A stretch of 64,000 nt of DNA, from NCBI GenBank assembly GCA_964199315.1, contig OZ116701.1, forward strand, positions 11,780,001-11,844,000. The letters run 5' to 3'. The position numbers and the translations under genes are program-made. Positions 33,972-47,100 of this stretch are shown one piece after another (the stretch's first letter is position 1; every line of letters begins with the position of its first letter). A model generated the notes under the pieces. That model was not told the DNA's origin. It made no database searches and saw only the letters and a list, made by a program, of their open reading frames with translations. Source of the stretch: Orbicella franksi (taxonomy: Eukaryota).

Positions 33972-36900
33972 TCAAGGATTCTTGCTAAGTTGGGTTACGT
34001 TAAACGCTTTTTACCGGAACTAATTAGAAAATACAAACGTGAAACCACAACTTCCGATCGAAACTCCGCTCTTTTACATCAAAGACGACAGGAACAAGAA
34101 AGTTTCTAGGGATTGACTGTGGAGGTGTTTCCTGACAAAGGTCTTCTTACGCTTGTTAACTTGGTTAATCACCAAAACAAGGAAAACGCTATACTGAACA
34201 AGGGGAAAACACTAAGATTACATAAAGTCCGGGATATGACGTCACAAGCCGAAGAACATCGTTTATACTACAGGTAATGAAAACCAAAAATATATGCCTT
34301 GATTCAAATCTCATTGCATAGATAATCTTGGGACAGCGTTCATTTACTATAAATAACTAAGCTGATGAAATAGTTCTTAAGTAAGCTTGATGAAGAAAAC
34401 TTAACTGATGTTAAGGTCTCGATGAGTAACGACCAAAAGTAATCAAGGGAGAAGCGATTTTAACACTGACACAGAGGTCCGGCGATACGTACATTACAAC
34501 TAACTCAAAGGGAAGTCTGTTTGTCCATACACCAGGTACGTAGCCAAATCAAATATAAACAACTTGGGAATGCATTACGTCTGAAACGATTGTTTGAAAA
34601 CTGAAGGGTAAGATCCAAGGTTTAACTTAACATTTCCTGGTTTCAGTTCTTACAATTCTCGGACGCGTGCGGGAAAGTCTACTGTTGTATAGGTCGTTGC
34701 AGCGAAGAATCAGCGAAGGATTTATGAACTAGGAAAGTCCTATAACAGTTGACTTCGGTTATATTTGAATCCTGGTCATTTTATTCATTCATATTGCTGT
34801 AAAATCTATACGTTATGAGTTCAACCGATCATTGGTGGTACTTTTCCGCCTTGATTGCCGGAAATGCTGACTTAGAAATACGTGAATTTTCCGCCGTTTG
34901 CTTTCGTCAGCTACACTATTAGAACAAAAAATGCATAGATTGCAACTGAAGTCCCATACACCCAAATCTATTAATAGCACTTGTAATAAAATCAAGTTGT
35001 TGTTGACATTGCAAGTAAATAATCAAGATCTGAAGATGCGACTAGTTCACGATTCCTCTGCTAAAAAAGATCCCTTGCACACCACTAATGCTGCAGAAAG
35101 TCGGATCTGTGATTTGACTGACGAGGAACTACATGTAAAGGTATGTTCTTTAACAGCTCTATTTGCTCATTACATCACTACAGAACAAAACTGGCAATAC
35201 CTTTTTCTTACTGGTTAGAATTCCGAGTGACGGTTACTGACAAACATCACTAAACAGTTCAATTCTCTCTCGATAATAGCAAATCTTTAGCGTACTTAGT
35301 TAATGACAATAATTAATTAATACGCTGTAGAAATCACTCAATTCTGAAAGACCAATACACTTCATACGCTCTTAATTTCCTTGCCGCCGAAGAAATTGAA
35401 AATTATACCGGCCTTCTTGCAATAAGAGAGTTTTCGCTTGACCTATAGCTAAATATATACGCGCTAGGCTTAGAAGACTGTGCCAAGAGTCAGACGACAG
35501 ATAGCGAGGGTGGCAAAGAGTTTATGCGAGACACGTGATGAGGGCAAAATTAGCGTGTAACGCGTGAAAAGCAACGAAAACACATACGTGATTAGTGAAT
35601 TTATGATCAAAAACCGTTATTAAGCTATGGGACGTATGTGTAACGCGTGAATTTTGTCAAATTTTGTCAAACTTTCGAGTGAAACGGGATCACAATCCTC
35701 CCTCGTCCTGCTAGTTACGATTGATTGCAGTCAACCCAGGGCAGTCGATGCTTTGAGTGAGTCCATAATTTTACCATTTCTTTGAATAAACCATATGATA
35801 CGTGTATCGAAGGATACCTAAATTCGCAATTAGCCAGTCAGAAGCCGTGTCAGAACTGTCTTGATATCCACGAACTCTCGGCCAAATTTGGGTACGGTAA
35901 ATACGTACCTAATTATTCCATTTTTGGCTCGCTTTGGCGGCGTTGTATCTGGAAATGGGTATTTTGGCTGGAGTATGTCTAGTCAAACTCGCCTGATTTG
36001 CCGCCGAAGCCTAACAAAAATTGTATGATTAGGAATAGGTTATATGACCAAACCTTTCACGGTCACAAGTCAAAAATGCGCACACTAGAGATATGCAGAT
36101 TCAGCTGCTCGGAACAACTATTAATAGAAAATCACTGAAATCACCAAGAATGGCTTATCCTTTGATACACGTAACTATGCTCTCGTGTGCTCAAGGCTTA
36201 AGCAATTAATGAACGAGTCATGAGGTGATGTAACGAAAGTGAAAGACTGTAGCTTTGTTTATCTAATCCTGGAGGCTTAAAAATGTCAAAAATCGCAAGA
36301 ATTTCTTCCGCATGAATACTTGACGATCTTTACACATATTTCTTACGCTAAAAAACCTTCAGTCGCCGAGAGTTACGTAAGAAAGTGAACCCTATGACGC
36401 AAGAGTGATAAAAGTCGAAGATAAATTCAGCTACCTTAACAGCAATTTTGATCGAAATGAAATTAAGCTATTACTCATCGACTTCTGGGAGCAGTTTTTC
36501 TCATTCCTTAAAAAAAGAAACCCTTGTTTGCTTGTTGTTCACTATGAACAAACCTCAACAAAGATAATTGTAGTTAGTAATATTCCACTAGAAAATAAAA
36601 AGCATGTGATTGTTGTTTTTATAAATTAGAATGAATTGCATGCGTTGGCCGAGACAAGTGCCTACTTGATCAGAACCGTTATCGGAAAGGTGCGGCCGGC
36701 GGAACCACCTACGCCAAAATGAATCTCTGGAATGAATTTCAGATTATGCCAGAAAAGTTATTTTCAGTTGAAAACTGACTCGTTCTTTCAGGCGTAGATA
36801 GCACGGATTTGACTCGTCACTCGAAAATTATTCTTTGGGGAACTTGCGTCAGTCATTGATTAGTTTAAAATGCCATTATTACTAGGAAGCCTATCTTGAG

Positions 36901-39900
36901 CCCGCACCACCTGCTCTGCTCAGCGAGTGGCTGTAGTAGTTATCCTTTAGTATGATCATCCGTCCTTGAAAGAACTGCTCACTGACAGGACATACAGTGT
37001 ATTATTTCGAAACGTGTCGAATTGCGGAACATAACCGGAAAAATAAGTACTATTTATTTTCTTTTTTCCGCCTTTTTGGAAAGAAAGGCAAGTCGACATA
37101 TAACCTGGAAGAGTTTTAGCTAATCTAGCTAGCATAGCCTAGCACTTTGAAAAGCGTCTGTAAACGAGTTGTTTTGCTGAAAATTTATGCGTGACTGAGT
37201 TTAAACATTGAATCAAAGCCGCAAACAATTAGCCAGTTTCGAAAGCCTGATCGAAACCTGTTCTAGTAGTCTTAAGTTTATTAGAGGAAAGATTAGAACT
37301 CACGAGGAACGAAACTCCATTACACCGGTGAAGGCGATAGATTGATAACAGTTGGGTTATTATCAGCCTAACTGCATGAGTTATCCACCAACGCGATTAA
37401 TAATTGTACCCAGCGAGGTTTGTGAATGACGTCAATGATTGAAAATCAAAGCTCTCAGAAAGCGCGACTTTGCTCAGCCTCATCAAGGTTAACAATGTGT
37501 ACAGAAGAAGAGATTTCACACTTCAGTACTCAAATACAACAAGTGCACCGAACATGTCTGAAACACTCGTATAACGATAATTCAGTCACACGTTATCGAC
37601 ACATGAACTACCTCACGTCGTTTCAGCGACTGTTACAAAAGACCGAATTATGCAAAACAGCGATGATAACCATTAAAATGATGCTATGATTAGGATTCTC
37701 ATCAAAAATCGCGGGATGGAAATAAGTGAAGGCATATTACAACAGACCAGTTTGCTTAAATGTTTAAATTATCCCTTCTTTTCTCTCCTGATTCTGCCTA
37801 ATTTTCGCTATTGTAGACATACAGATCAGTCCTGTTTTCTCTACAAAGCTACTCACAATAATGGCGCCCAATTGCTTACAATTTTCTTTTCTAGACCGGC
37901 GCTATTCATTTCCGGATGAAATCTCAGTAAAACTAGTTTTTGCAAGCAAGCTGTGCGCGGACGCCGCGGAGCTGTTAGACTGAAAAGAAATCAGAGAAAA
38001 GGGAATATCAGGTCGACGTGGGTCCAACCTATTAATAGTATCGGATTAGATGTTGATTCCGTCGCCAGTCATGGACACAAGTCCCTCAAGGAGCAATCTG
38101 TCTTCGCCCTTTAGACAGCAGTGGCATGTATGTGGAACCCCACACTTACCCATCATTGCGTGACTCTACTCCGGAACAAAGAGTATCATTTTTATTACAC
38201 ATTTATGCGTTTTAATTACTTCCTTGTAAAGAGACACTGATATCAACTTTTGCTTTGCTTTGGTGAAAGACTTGAAAGGGATTTCACTGAGCAGTGTCCT
38301 TGAGGACAAATTTAAGATCTGAATGAGGATTGCTTACGAAATACTCAGAGGTGCACATTCAGGCTGACTTACTCGCATTTCAGTTATTTCCGTCATCTGA
38401 TGCATAACAACACTTACTATTCATCTGCCTTCATCTATGACGCCGTTCCTCAGTTTATCAACGTAACGTGAAAAAAGCCTAAATGTCACGGTCATCTTCA
38501 ATAAAACCTGGCTATTTCCCAAAAAGTCGCTTGGCTGACTCATGTGCACTCCATTGAGGCTTACTTGTTTTTGCTATACGAGCCCTCGGCTGCGCATTTT
38601 AGTTCGCAGCTGAGAAATTGCCTGACTGACTTGCAATTGGCGCACACTTCTTTAGCTTTCTCTCACAAAATATTGAGTCCGACGTCGTTCGTAAACTCGC
38701 TCGTGCGCCAAAGCGAAAAGCCAAATACCAGCCCTTAAGCGCGAAACTCAAACACTAGAGCCTGCTTTCTAAACTAGAAAATACAATCTTGTTAGCAACT
38801 TGGTATCGGATATAAATTAGCTATGATGATGATAATTTGATCATCAGGCCTTCGTATCTTGTTATTTTCGTGATTTCAGTGCCAGAAATTGTAATGTACG
38901 TAACTCTTGGTGATTGGTGGGATTAAACCTTAATTACGAATCGGCATGACAGTGCAAAGATTTTCTTCCAAAATGCTGACGACTCGGTCACAGGGCAAAA
39001 AATAAAAGCAATAATAATATAGCTATTAATAGATTTGAAATCGTTAATCATGTGACGTCAGGGTTTAGTTCCAGTTTATGTCACTCGACATTTCGTGATA
39101 CCCCGCATGAGGTGATCTGATGACGTCACAAAAGTGAAAGAGTTAAGAAATCCAGGGAATCAAAACAGTATTACATTGAACAATCTTTCACATTGCTAAC
39201 GTCTTTCGGACGTTAAGCCTTGCGTTAATTGCTGTGACGTGTATGCAGCACAGGTAACGAAAATATTCGTTAGCCATGATGTTCAGGCGACCGACATATT
39301 GCAGGAAATCAATCTTACTGGGTTGGTTTTAAGCTCTGACTCACACTGTACTGTACCTTCAGTCGAGTCTGCATATAGTCATGATAACTAGTCAATATCC
39401 TCTCAGGATTTACCCCTGAACTCTTATTAAACATTGGTGATTCAATGCTTTTCGCGATATTTAGAAGAGAGGGAAGGATTTTGTATGTAGCCTGTAGCTA
39501 CAGAAATTCCGAAATCACTGAGACTTTGGTGCAAATCCAGCCGATAATTTCTCATCAGTTGCTCAGACATTGTGAAACCTTGAATGACCCACAGCATTGA
39601 CGTATTCAACGCCTGGGTTTAACGTATATTGCTGATACGATGGATTACAGGAGCTGGAACTTACGCAATTTCTGTGCTTATTGTCAGTGTTAATAGTTTG
39701 ACGTTTGTTACGGTAAAACTGATATTGATTGTTGCTTTTTTAAATTCCCCCGACGTAGTGTGGACGGGAAACATTTGATGCGTTTTCAGAGTGAAAACGC
39801 TGTTTTCAAATTTCTCCAGCGTAGTGTGGACAAGGCTTACGATTCTAGCGTGCGCTTCCAGCCAACACGTCCTAGTAATTTGCCACCACCTCCACCTATT

Positions 39901-41580
39901 ATTGCAGATAATGACGAAGGACTGATACAGCTTAACTTCGATCGCATCAACAACATGGAAATTACATACGTGATTAATCAACAGATCACACTTAAAATTC
40001 ATTCAAGGTTTCAGTCCTGTTTCCGACATGAAACATTTTCCACAGCCCTCTTACGTCAAAATGTGCGTCGTTAGCACGTAGACGCGTGACCCTGAGAGAC
40101 GGTAGCCTTTGAATTCCCTTTAGCTATTACAGTTCCAGTTTTCCCTTCCATAATTTTCGAATTCAAAATGAAACCATTGAACCGGGGTTGCTATGTTGAA
40201 GTAAATATTTTTGCTTTGAAATGAAAATTAATTCAGTTCGTCAGGTTTTTTGGTTGACCATTTAGATTGTAGAAGCTAAGCAATAGACTGCAAGGCTGAT
40301 ACTACGTGAAAAACGTTTCGAGACACCAACATGACAAGAACCGATAAAGTAGGATCGCAACAGTGGACAGCTGTTTCGCCCTTCTTGGGGCTCGTCAGCA
40401 CTGTGTAGCGAAGATATGTAACGCCAGCCCAAAAGCCAACGCACATAAATTGCAAAATGACACGTGAACTAAGAAACTAATGCTGCGAGGGTGTATTTTG
40501 AGCCGATTTTCTCGAGTGTCCAAGCTGAACTTTTGGGAGCGAAATTGCCCAATATTATGGCTAAGATCGTACATTAAGATATTATTATATAACAATATGT
40601 ACGAAACTGAATCAGTAAATTAAACTCTTTGTTATATATACTGCGATGAATTGAGATGAATGTGATCAATTGAGACTAGCCAATTTTCAGCCAATCAGTG
40701 TGTGTGGGCGCAATATCGTGGTGTATAAAAATAAATATGCATTATTTCATCAGTTTATGTGGACATTAGATTAGAAGCGTTTAAAACTTCTGTGTTGAGT
40801 AATGCTTGCATCAATAGATAGGTTTTGAGATAATTTGGGGCTGCATGCACTGACCGTTTTTATTAAACCACATTCAAAAAGCTTATTTTTCCTGTCAAAG
40901 ATAAGGGATAAAACATAACTTACGAGTGACTGAAGATTTCTCTTGGTTTTTTTTTTCTCTTCTGACGTCAATAAATTGATCGCCAGCCGAGCATGTCACG
41001 TATCACAATATAGCGGAGGATATGGAGGCTTAGCAGACCTTCGATATTCTATTGATAGTTACATTACTTATTGTAGCAAATTTGCACTTGATACGAACAT
41101 CCGGGCATCCAACGTCAATGTACGTGTAAGGCGCATGTCACTGAGCTTCATTCAAAAATAGTTACATTACATATATAGTCACTCATTTTAAAACATCACG
41201 ATACTTCGAAGCACCGCGATAGATACCGGGTTAATTAGAATCACGAGTTTTGATGTCAAACACCTGACGCTCCATAACTCAGCTGCTTAGTTCTCAAAAA
41301 AAAAATGTCATAATAATATAACAAAAAATCAGTCCATCTTTTGTTTTATTAAAGTACTATTGTTAGAATTATTAGAATAAAGCACTAAATGACCACGGCC
41401 TTAATTTTGCTGGTGCATGCGAAGATCTAGCTGTCAACTGAAGAAAGTTTGTACTGAATTGCAAATCTCCGTAGCGGTTTGTCTAGACCATGTGAGCGTG
41501 TGTTGTTCAATCGGTTTCGAAGGCAAAATATACATTTCCATGAGCATTGTATAACTTCACTCAAGTCGTGTCAAATCTTT

Positions 41581-43650
41581 TTTTTTTAATTTTTTTAAAT
41601 TTTATTTTATTGATAAAAACATATTACAATATTGCAGCAAATTACAGAAGTAGTGCAGAAAAGAAGGTTGTTACAACTGATAATATTCTAATGAAAAATA
41701 GTCGATAATATATACGGTAGTAAATATTACAAAAAATATGTCTCTTTACCTTTGTAAAAATGTATATAGCCGGGGAAAGGGCAACATAGTCACGTCAAGT
41801 CATTTGTCTATTTCAAGCTGGATAATAAATTTAGATATGAATTCAGAAGTATCTTGTTTCTTCTGCATTGTTTTGCAAGCATGGTGGTATTGCTTTGCAT
41901 ATAACAGAAGAAGACGCAAATCCTTTGTTTGGTTATCAGAAAGATTGGTGTTTGGTGTTGGTAAATTGAGAAAGCATTGTAGCGGGGTTAGGCTGACATT
42001 GATTTGGTGTAAACTATTGAACTATTGAAGAGACTCGTCACATAATTTCAAGAGAGATTGACAATCAAAGAATGCATGTTCAATAGAGTCAGTTTCACCG
42101 CACAGAACATATTTGACACAGTCAGTTATTCCAAATCGATTAAGTTCTTTATTAGTGACTAATACTCTGTGCAACAACTTGAAATAGAATTGTCTTAACT
42201 TATTATCCCGAGTGATTTTATAATTGTTTTGGATACAGTTCACCCAATTGTCAGCAACTTCAGGACAATTTTTCCGCCATGATTTAATAGCAGTAGGTTC
42301 TGTTTTGATTTCCTCAACAAATAGTTTATAAAACTGCTTGCAAAAAGTTTTCTTTAAATTGAGAGTGATATCTTTAGATAGTTGGAAATCGAAGTTTTCG
42401 CAAATTGAATTCAGATCCCCAAGGTCCATATGAACTGATGCGTAACTTTTGACATAAGCGGGAATAGCTGAGGTGATTTGGTAGTATTGCAGAAAGTTAA
42501 CTTTGATGTTATATTTATCGCTGAATTCTTGTGGTGAAAGATAATTACCTTGATTATCCAGCAAGTCTTGCACAAAAAGAACATTACTATCCCGCCACAC
42601 CTTCCAAAAGACCGATTTGTTTTCTGTAGTTACATCTCTGTTGTTCCACAAAATGAATTCGCGTTTCAAGGGATCTTCGTGATTGCTACGCAGTTCTTGA
42701 AAGTGATCAAGGAGTTCTCGATAAAAGAGAGGGATTTTTCTGTCTAATTTCTCGACACTGTAATTACAGTTTAGAAGAAAAAGGAGCCCGCCATGTTTAT
42801 CGAAGTAGTAATTAGGGATAGCCGTCCAGGTGTCATGAGAGTTATTTAAGAGTCCACTTATCCAACTGAGACGTAGCGCTTTTATAACAGTCCTGAAGCA
42901 GGGAGAGCTTAGCCCACCCTTAGATAAGGGGCGGAACAGAACCTGTCGCTTGATCTTATCTCTCTTATTCTTCCATAGAAAAGCAAACAGTTTACTTTGG
43001 GTTTGTTGTATCGCTGTTTCTGGGACAGAAAGCATGGAGGCAGTATAGATTAGCTGAGACAGACCTAGAGATTTTGCTAGCATAGTTCTTCCAAAGAGCG
43101 TCAGGTCCCGCGACCGCCATATATTAAGCTTCGTTTCCATTTTCCTTATTTTGACATAAAAATTATTGTTGTTGTTGGCAGCTGCATCGTGGGAAAGGTA
43201 AGTTCCAAGGAATTTTATGGGATCTTTTGGACACTGGAATTTTAAAGGCTCTATCTAATTTTTGCTCGAAGCACCACCCACAAGGCTTTTGTTTTCTTTT
43301 TATTTAATTGCAAACCGGACAATACTCCAAATGAATTAACTATATTCATGGCATTTCTAAATGACGTAGTATCTTCAAGAATCAGGGTTGTATCATCCGC
43401 AAACTGTGAGATCGTAGCGTTCAGTCCATTTGGAAGTTCGATGTCCCAGCGGAGTTGGTTTTGGCGTATTTTGAGGGCTAGCATTTCGACCGCTAACACA
43501 AACAAAAGAGGACTCAGGGGACACCCTTGACGGACACCTCGAGAAACTTTGAAGTAATTAGTCATGAAACCCGCATTCATCACGCCACTTTTAACATTAT
43601 TATAAAGAATGGATATCCATTTTGTAATATTTGGACCAAAGTTGTATATT
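41581..43650 (-). mobile_element. 5'-truncated, degenerate L1/Tx1-type LINE (RT plus C-terminal zinc region) with poly(A) tail and 10-bp TSD
   Basis: RT motifs GVRQGCPLSPLLF and SQFADDTT (43251-43650); C-terminal ORF 42022-43140; T-run at 41581 is the poly(A); TSD tcaaatcttt at 41571-41580 and 43651-43660; absent from copy A (about 33380). Confidence 0.92.
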
Positions 43651-44065
43651 TCAAATCTTTGTTTCCCGTACTGGCATATGCTAGAGAGATTCTCTAACAC
43701 CGCGGAATACATAGACTGGTATGTATAGCAGTAGTTAACCGTATACATACTCTTTATCATGAAAAGCACTTATAGTACCCTGTTGTTGTGACGGCCATCT
43801 CCAGCAAGAGCGAGAGAAGATTGACAATCGGTTTTTCACTGACAGAGAAACTAGTTGCAGCTAGTTGTTGGTATGGGGAATAAAACTTATTTAAAGCGTT
43901 CAAACAAATCAAAGAAGGAATTTTTACAGCTTCAAGTTGATCTGATTTAAAGCGTAATAACCGAAACAGAACGCGAAACCCCAGAACTGTAAGTTGAAGT
44001 ATTCGCAATGGTGTATGAATAGGAAATTGGCCGTCTGGCCTTTTAATTTTGGGCCGATAGTAACG

Positions 44066-44143
44066 TAGTCTCCTTCGCAGCCGTTTTTTGGAATGTCACG
44101 AGCGTTCCGTGACATCCCAAAGAAACGGCTGCCAAGGAGACTA
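44066..44143. mobile_element. 78-bp TAG-ended hairpin mini-transposon with perfect 9-bp TSD
   Basis: tagtctcctt...aaggagacta; atagtaacg at 44057-44065 and 44144-44152; absent from copy A. Confidence 0.88.
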
Positions 44144-47100
44144 ATAGTAACGCCAACAAGGATCCTTGCTATGTTGGGTTACGTAAAACGCTTTTTTTTT
44201 TTTTTTTTTTGACCGGAACTAATTAGAAAATATAAACGTGAAACCACAAAAATGCCTCATACTAGCACTTCTGATCAAAACTCCGCTCTTTTTTTCAAAA
44301 AAAAAAAAGACGGATTGACGTCAAAGACGAACAGGAACAAGACGATTTTGAGGGATTGACTGTGGAGGTATTTCCTGAAAAAATTCTAGCTACGCTTGTC
44401 AACTTAATTAATTATCAGAACAAGGAAAATGCTACATTGAACAACGGGAAAAACACTAAGATAACTTTAGATTACTTTAAGTCCAGGATGTGATGTCACA
44501 AGCTAAAGAGCACCGTTTATACTACTATGTACTACAGGTAGTGATAAACAAAAAATATGCCTTGATTCAAACCTCATTGCATAGATAATCTTGGGACAGC
44601 GCTCATTTAATATTAATAGGTAAGCTGATGAAATCATTCTTAAGTAAGCTTGATGAAGAAAACGTAACTGGTGTAATAAAGCTTTCGATGAGAAACGACT
44701 AAAATTAATCAACGGAGAAGCGATTTTAACACTGAGACAGAGGTCCGGCGATACTCTACAACTAACTCAAAGGGAAGTCTGTTTGTCCATACACCAGGCA
44801 CGTAGCCAAATCAAATATAAACAACTTGTACCTGCATTGCGTCTGAAACGTTTGTTTGAAAACTGAAGGGTAAGATCCAAGGTTAAACTAAACATTTCCT
44901 GGTTCCTTACAATTCTCGGACGCGTGCGCGGGAGTCTACTTTTGTAGAGGTCGTTGCAGCGAAGAATCAGCGAATGATACAGTAGCTAGGAGATGTTCTA
45001 TAACAGTTGACTTCGGTTATATTTGAATCCCGGGCATTTTATTCATTCATATTGCTGTCAAATCTATACGTTATCAATACAACCGATCAGTGGTGGTGCT
45101 TTTTCGCCTTGATTGCCGGAAATGCTGACTTAGAAATACATGAATTTTCCGCCGTTTGCTTTCGTCAGCTACACTATTAGAACAGAAAAAATGCATAGAT
45201 TGCAAAGTTCCATACACCCAAATCTATTAATAGCACTTTCCAATAAAATCAAGGTGTTGTTGACATTGCAAGTAAATAATCAAGATCTGAAGAAGCGACC
45301 AGTTCACGATTTCTCTGCTAAAAAGATCGTATGCACACCACTAATGCCACAGAACGTCTGGTCTGTGATTTGACTGACGAGGAACTAAAGGTATGTTCTT
45401 TAACAGATCTATTTGCTCCTAAGACTAACTTCAGTACAGTACTGGCAATACCATTTTCCCCTTATTTTAATAGCAGTTCAATATTCTCTCTCGATAACAG
45501 CAAATCTTCAACGTACTTAGTTATTTATTAGTAACTAATGCGCTGTAGAAATTACTCAATTCTGAAAGGTTTTTAATTTACCTGCCGCCGAAGAAATTGA
45601 AAATTGTAGTCGCCTTTTTTGCAATAAGAGAGTTTTCGCTTGACCTGCAGCTAAATTAATATACGCGCCAGGCTTAGAAGACTATTGTAGCTAAGACTGT
45701 GCCAAGAGTCAGACAACGTTTTAATTACGAGTTTATACGCGACACGTGATGAGGGCAAAGTTAGCCGGTAACGCGTTAAAAGCAACCAAAAGACATACCG
45801 GTACGTGATTCGTGAATTTATGGTAAAAACCGTTATTAAGCTAAAAGTATGTGTGGCGCGTGAATTTTGTCAAATTTTCTCAAACTCTTGAGTGAAACGG
45901 GATCACAAGCCTCCCTCGTCCTGCTAGTCTTGATTTCTTGAACAAACTAGTATGCCGTACGTGTATCTACCGATACCTAAATTCGCAACTAGCCATTCAG
46001 AAGCCGTGTCAGAACTGTCCTGATATCCTGCTATATTACGTAACTGGCCTGATGTGACTACGAACTCTCGGCCGAATTTGGGTACGGTGAATACGTACCT
46101 AATTATTCCATTTTTGGCTCGCTCTGGCGGCATTGTATCTGGCAATGGGTATTTTGGCTGGAGTGTGTCTAGTCCAATTTGCCTGCCTGATATGCCGTCG
46201 AAACGTTCCAAATAAGGTATGATTAAGAAAAAGTTTTATGACCAAAACTTTCACGGTCACAAGTCAAAAATGCGCACACTGGAGATTTGCAGATTCAGCT
46301 GCACGGTACAACTATTAATAGAAAATCGCTGAAGTCACCAAGAATAGCTTATCCTTTGATACATGTAATTATGCTCTCGCGTGCTCAAGGCTTAAGTAAC
46401 TAATGAACGAGTCATGAGGTGATGTAACGAAAGTGAAAGACTTCAGCTTTGTTTATCTAATCCTGGAGGCTTAAAAATGTCAAAAATCGCCGGAATTTTT
46501 TCCGCATGAATAATTGACGATCTTTACACAAATTTCTTACGTTACTAACAACCTTCAGACGCCGAGTTTTCCGTAAGAAAGTAAAACCTATGACGCAGGA
46601 GTGATAAAAGTCGAAGATAAACGCAACTACCTTAAAGCAAGTTTGATCGAAATGAAATTAAGCTATTACTTATTGCATTCTGGGAGCAGTTTTTCTCATT
46701 CCTTAAAAAAAGAAACCCTTGCTTGCTTGTTGTTCACTATGAACAAACCTCAACAAAGATAATTGAAGTTAGTAATATTCCACTAGAGATTAAAAGGCAC
46801 AAATTGCTTGCGATGCACTGCAAGTTATGTTTCAAGATCATCACACCGAAAGCATTTGCCAATGTTAACAGTCAGTAGCGTGTGCCGTAAATCACTGAAG
46901 AAAAATGACGTAAGCAGTACAGCACAGCATCATGCATCAACTCTTCTCTAGAATTTCAGAGCAGTTACGCGGAACACGTTTTGGAAATAACAAAATCTTT
47001 CAGCGGGTAGTGCAAATGACCTTAGTATTGACGTTCATGTAACGGATATCGCTGAAACGACACCTTGCAGGAGTTGTAGTCCACGCAATAACTTGCAATT

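Noticed and set aside
45924-46211. 95-aa ORF in duplicate copy B
   Set aside because: The homologous region in copy A (about 35715-36010) has deletions and no equivalent ORF in the track; no domain signature.
46208-46217. CArG box CCAAATAAGG (SRF site, as in c-fos)
   Set aside because: Single occurrence, not conserved in copy A, and expected by chance in AT-rich DNA.
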